Origin: Eledone cirrhosa
Taxonomy: Eukaryota
Direction: 5' to 3'
Length of the DNA: 64,000 nt
NCBI GenBank assembly: GCA_964016885.1
Contig: OZ024742.1
Span: 7,688,001-7,752,000 of the forward strand
This document shows, in pieces, positions 58,644 to 64,000 of the stretch; position 1 is the stretch's first letter; each line of letters begins with the position of its first letter. The translations under genes were made by a program, and so were the position numbers. Below the pieces are notes generated by a model. It saw only the letters and a program-made list of their open reading frames with translations, searched no databases and had not been told where the DNA came from.

Positions 58644-58979
58644 TTATATATATATATATATATATGCATTTATGTGTGAATGTTAGCATGTATAAGTGTG
58701 TGTGTGTTAAATATTTTGTTGGTTGTTCCGTGTATGTACAGCGAAATCATTTATACTCCAACCGTTCAACTAGAAACAGTTAACTGTGAGACATACGATA
58801 TCCCGAGAAGACATGCTCCTTTCTGTCTCCATAACCACCGCCTTGTAAAGGAGACACGTCTCCATAACCGCGCCTTGTAATGATCACCAAGACTACGTGT
58901 CTTTTATAGCGACATGACATCACACTCAAACGAGAGACTTCCATTTAAATTTACCTTCCTTACAGTACTAGCACGTTTG

Positions 58980-59122
<143 letters not shown>

Positions 59123-59238
59123 AAATAATGATAATAATAATACTATCCTTGTTTTTCTTGGATTTTGAATTGAAAATGCTCAGCTACTGTAAACTGCCCT
59201 CTAGTCCTGCAAAAGCTATTTCAATATATTACATATAT

Positions 59239-59300
<62 letters not shown>

Positions 59301-59362
59301 CGTGTGTACGTGTGCATACTAATATTTATATATCAGCTGTGCTAGGGTGAGAGATAAAATTC

Positions 59363-59419
<57 letters not shown>

Positions 59420-59780
59420 ATATTGTTATACTTTGGGAGGGTCATGTTGCCAATAAGAAACACACACACCTGTTGCGTCACTTCAATTTATTATAAATTT
59501 TATAAATTTCCGGTTGGTTGGTTGGTTCCACAACCGGATGGTTGTTTATATATTGTCAAAGTTCTTTCGTCACACATTATGAGAATATATAAACAACCAT
59601 CCGGTTGTGGAACCAACCAACCAACCGGAAATGTATAAATTTATTATAATAAATTGAAGTGAAAGCAACTGGTGCGTGTGTTTCTTATTGGCAACACGGC
59701 CCTACCAAAGTATAACAATATCGGTTTCAACACACGTTTTCATATAAAGAATCTTGCTAAACAAATTCAGAAACGAAATA
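59420..59780. mobile_element. Fold-back pseudo-LTR insertion (family of 49140-49700)
   Basis: Minus arm 59420-59578 reaches into HHR helix II. Plus arm starts at 59580. Confidence 0.85.
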
Positions 59781-59785
59781 TATAC

Positions 59786-60331
<546 letters not shown>

Positions 60332-60914
60332 TATATATATCTATATATCTATATATATATCTATATATATATATATATATATATCTATATATCTATATAA
60401 TAAGGGGATCTGGTAAAGAACTCTGTAACAGAGGGATAGTGAAATATATTTTTGTTTCCATATAGAAGCCATTATGATAGCGAGAATATAGAAAGAAATA
60501 GAAAGAAATAGAAAGGTGAAGCCATTAACACAACCTGTCATTAATCATGAGGAAAAGTTAAAACTAAAGATGGCGTATGCGATATATACCAATAAACAAT
60601 AACGTTTGTTATACCAAGAAATATTGTCAGACGACAGTGATGCTAAAGTTCAAGACATTTATGTTCTTTGTTTTAAGTGTTGATATATAGTTTAATTCTA
60701 CGTTTGTCAGAAACCATCTCTTTTATCGTCACGATGGCGTTTAAAGTCGACATATTTTTTCTCCCGTCAGCCATTTTTAAAAAGGCAAAGTATGATACTC
60801 ACGCCAAGTAAAACCCTGCAGACATTGTAGTAGAAATAATTATAACCAACGGACGCTCCAAAAATAAAGAAGACCCCCCATTCGAAAAAATAAATACATA
60901 CATACATACATACA

Positions 60915-60980
<66 letters not shown>

Positions 60981-61117
60981 CAGAGGAATTGTGGTAAGGA
61001 ACCAGGTGGACTATAACGCACCAGAGTACTCAATACTTAGGGTAGTAGAGTGGGAAATAGGAAAAAGTATGACTCCGACGGCAGAGCTCAAGCCGTTTCG
61101 ACGGGGTCATACCTTTT

Positions 61118-61179
<62 letters not shown>

Positions 61180-61186
<7 letters not shown>

Positions 61187-62075
61187 ATGCTTTGGGAGGG
61201 TCATGTTGCCAATAAGAAACACACGCACGACCGATTTCACTTCAATTTATTATAAATTAAATTTATAAGTTTAGGAATTTATAAATTTCCGGTTGGTTGG
61301 TTGGTTGGTTGGTTCCACAACCAGACGATTGTTCATATATTGTCAAAGTTCTTTCGTCACACATTCTGTGACCACTTCAGTGACTGGGGATTCTTTTCTG
61401 GCGAGATCTTCAAGATAGTAAAGAATCATCTGTACTCCACCAACATGCTAAAATAGATCATAAGAGTAAATTCGAGAACATTGAAATAAAAATAGAATCT
61501 ACACACAGAAAAGACGAAATGTTTAAACAAATCACAGAGGCAATAAACATAAATGAACTCCAACCAAAATTAAATAGAAAACATGAATGGAATAGCAACA
61601 TCACAACTTACAATTAAGGACAAAATGAAAACACACACGCACATAGAACAAACAACCAACCAGTAACATGTAAATAAACAAATAAATAAACAAATATAAA
61701 CACACACAGACACCCGGATGTAACACATGCGCAAACTAAGCACACAACACACACAAAAACAAGATGGCGTAGGACAGAACAAAGGAGAGGCACAAAAACA
61801 AAGAAAAGAATCCCCAGTCACCGAAGAGGTCACAGAATGTGTGACGAAAGAACTTTGACAATACACGAACAATCGTCTGGTTGTGGAACCAACCAACCAA
61901 CCGGAAATTTATAAATTCCTAAATTTATATATTTAATTTATAATAAATTGAAGTGAAAGCAACTGGTGCATGTGTTTCTTATAGGCAACATGACCCTCCC
62001 AAAGCATAACAATATCGGTTATAACACACCTTTTCAGATAAAGAATCTTGCTAAACAAATTCAGAAACGAAATAT
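61180..62075. mobile_element. PLE 3' fragment (plus, 61400-62075) preceded by an inverted pseudo-LTR (61180-61399); HHRs at 61342-61384 (minus) and 61817-61859 (plus)
   Basis: DSKESSVLHQHAKIDH..QITEAINI..LNRKHEW. Same HHR as 49526. Confidence 0.88.
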
Positions 62076-62185
62076 ATATATATATATATAATTTGGCGGT
62101 CATTCTGATACGGAGAGAGACAACCGCTGACATGGGATTAAAACATCGGTAAGAACATTTTTTTTATATCGATGTTTGACGGGCA

Positions 62186-62307
62186 TCCACTGATGATTTA
62201 TAAGTGCCCACCTGCATATATTCCTACGGAATGTTGTGAAGGCTTCTACATAACCCGGACACATTCTCCCAACTTGTAGAAAACTTATAATGAAACAATT
62301 GTTTGGA
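62186..62307 (+). ncRNA. Canonical-core hammerhead with long helix II
   Basis: tcca CTGATGA t ttataagt...acttataa t GAAA CAATTG TT tgga. Confidence 0.8.
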
Positions 62308-62482
62308 AAAGGAGATATATTTTAATTATGCCTCATATAAAATAATACTACCGGTTTTCCGCAAAATACATATAGTTAGCACCCCAATCGTAAAATTGGG
62401 ATTATACTAAGGTATATCCTAATGTTTGTTGAGTGAGATGGAAGCCAGTCAGAGTATAGCTTAAGGCTTTCTCTGTTAATTT

Positions 62483-62537
<55 letters not shown>

Positions 62538-62794
62538 CGAAGGAAGTGTTGCAAGGAACGAGGTGGACCATAATGCACCAGAGTACTCGATACTTTGGGT
62601 AGTAGAGTGGATAATAGGAAAATGTTCAGGAAACGGCTTGAGCTCTGCCGTTGGGGTCATGAACATTTTCCCATATATATATATATATATGTATAGCGAG
62701 AGAAATAAATATCACAGGAGAGAATGATGGGCAGAAGGTATACTGAATGAATAAAACAAAGGGCAAAAAAATAAAAAGGCAGAAATACTCCATA

Positions 62795-62983
62795 TAATTG
62801 TTTCTACTTTAGGCACAAGGCCAGCAAATAGCCAGTGCATTACTGGTACTTTATTTTATCGACCCCGTAAGGATGAAAGGCAAAGTCAACCTCGGCGGGA
62901 TTTGAACTCAGATCGTAAAGGGACGTAACTATGCTGGAAAGCATGGCGTCGGACCCTCTACTGATACTACCAATCCACCGCCC
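62795..62983 (-). mobile_element. Full-length SINE
   Basis: Reverse complement of 8268-8455. tccatataat is repeated on both flanks. Confidence 0.9.
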
Positions 62984-63807
62984 TTTGTAATATTCCATAT
63001 AATGATATTATTTTACACTCAACACTACGGAAGTACGTCTACAGCTTAATTTATTACCGGAAGTAATGACACAGTTCAATCGAAACATGTTAACATCGGC
63101 TTTATAACTAATGGCTTTTTCTGAACGTAGCGATATGTTTGTCGTGACTAGGAGAAATATTATTTTAATGATCTACATTCTCTTTAAAACACACATTGCA
63201 ATATTACTGTCTGTACACATGTCTGTCTCTATAAACAGACATACACACACCCACATACTGCGTATACTATACTCACACATATACACATATACATGCTCAC
63301 ACACATATACATACATGCATAAAGGAAATTCTGTCATTGTATGTACGTTTGTGTAGGCATAATATCTCAGTCTCTCGGTTCAAACACATATACACACATT
63401 CACACACAGAACACACACCGAAAACACCATGACGCATATATACACATAGACATGTTCACACATACACATACATAAATGAATGAGATTCTTTCGGTGTATG
63501 TCTGTGCACGCTTGTTTCTCTGATTTTATGTTTCAATACACTTACACACTTACATACTTACACACTACACATACACCTCACACACCTCATAAATACACTT
63601 ACACACTTACACAATACACGGACACCTCACACACCTCACAAACACATATACACATATACATGCTCAAGTAAATATACATACATGCTTAGAGTCCTTCCTT
63701 GTAGGTATATCTCTGTATATTTACCTGTCCGTCAGTCTTTTTAATAGTAGTCGTCATGATATCTAATTTGAATATACGTGTCTGGACACCCACCTTCTAC
63801 ATATGTG

Positions 63808-63882
<75 letters not shown>

Positions 63883-64000
63883 TATATAATATGTATATAT
63901 ATATATGAGGGCTGCTTCTCAATTTAGAGTAATGTCATCGCTTGATACTTAAGCATGAGCATCACGGATAGGGTTTTCAGTCCTGCTAGGAACTTGCTTC

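Overview
AT-rich, microsatellite-saturated eukaryotic DNA. The SINE family and repeat landscape point to a cephalopod, probably Octopus (inference). I found no convincing host protein-coding exon. The window is mostly mobile-element debris set in (TA)n/(CA)n tracts: many fragments of Penelope-like retroelements (PLEs; RT plus C-terminal GIY-YIG endonuclease, mostly with a CxCx5C linker as in the Hydra clade), a Chapaev3-type DNA transposon with TIRs and TTA target duplication, a decayed L1/Tx1 LINE with three stacked 3' ends, an RTE-X 3' end, tRNA-derived SINEs, and a ~4-kb array of a 38-bp minisatellite. The main hidden signal is non-coding. Reading by eye I count about 36 complete or near-complete minimal type I hammerhead ribozyme (HHR) motifs in about 20 sequence families. 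Most have a palindromic helix III. Four families carry a compensatory U3-A8 core. Some sit in protein-free tandem units of ~440-530 bp (retrozyme-like) and many in fold-back insertions. In three fold-backs the sense arm starts exactly at the predicted self-cleavage site. All coordinates and structures were read manually and not computed.
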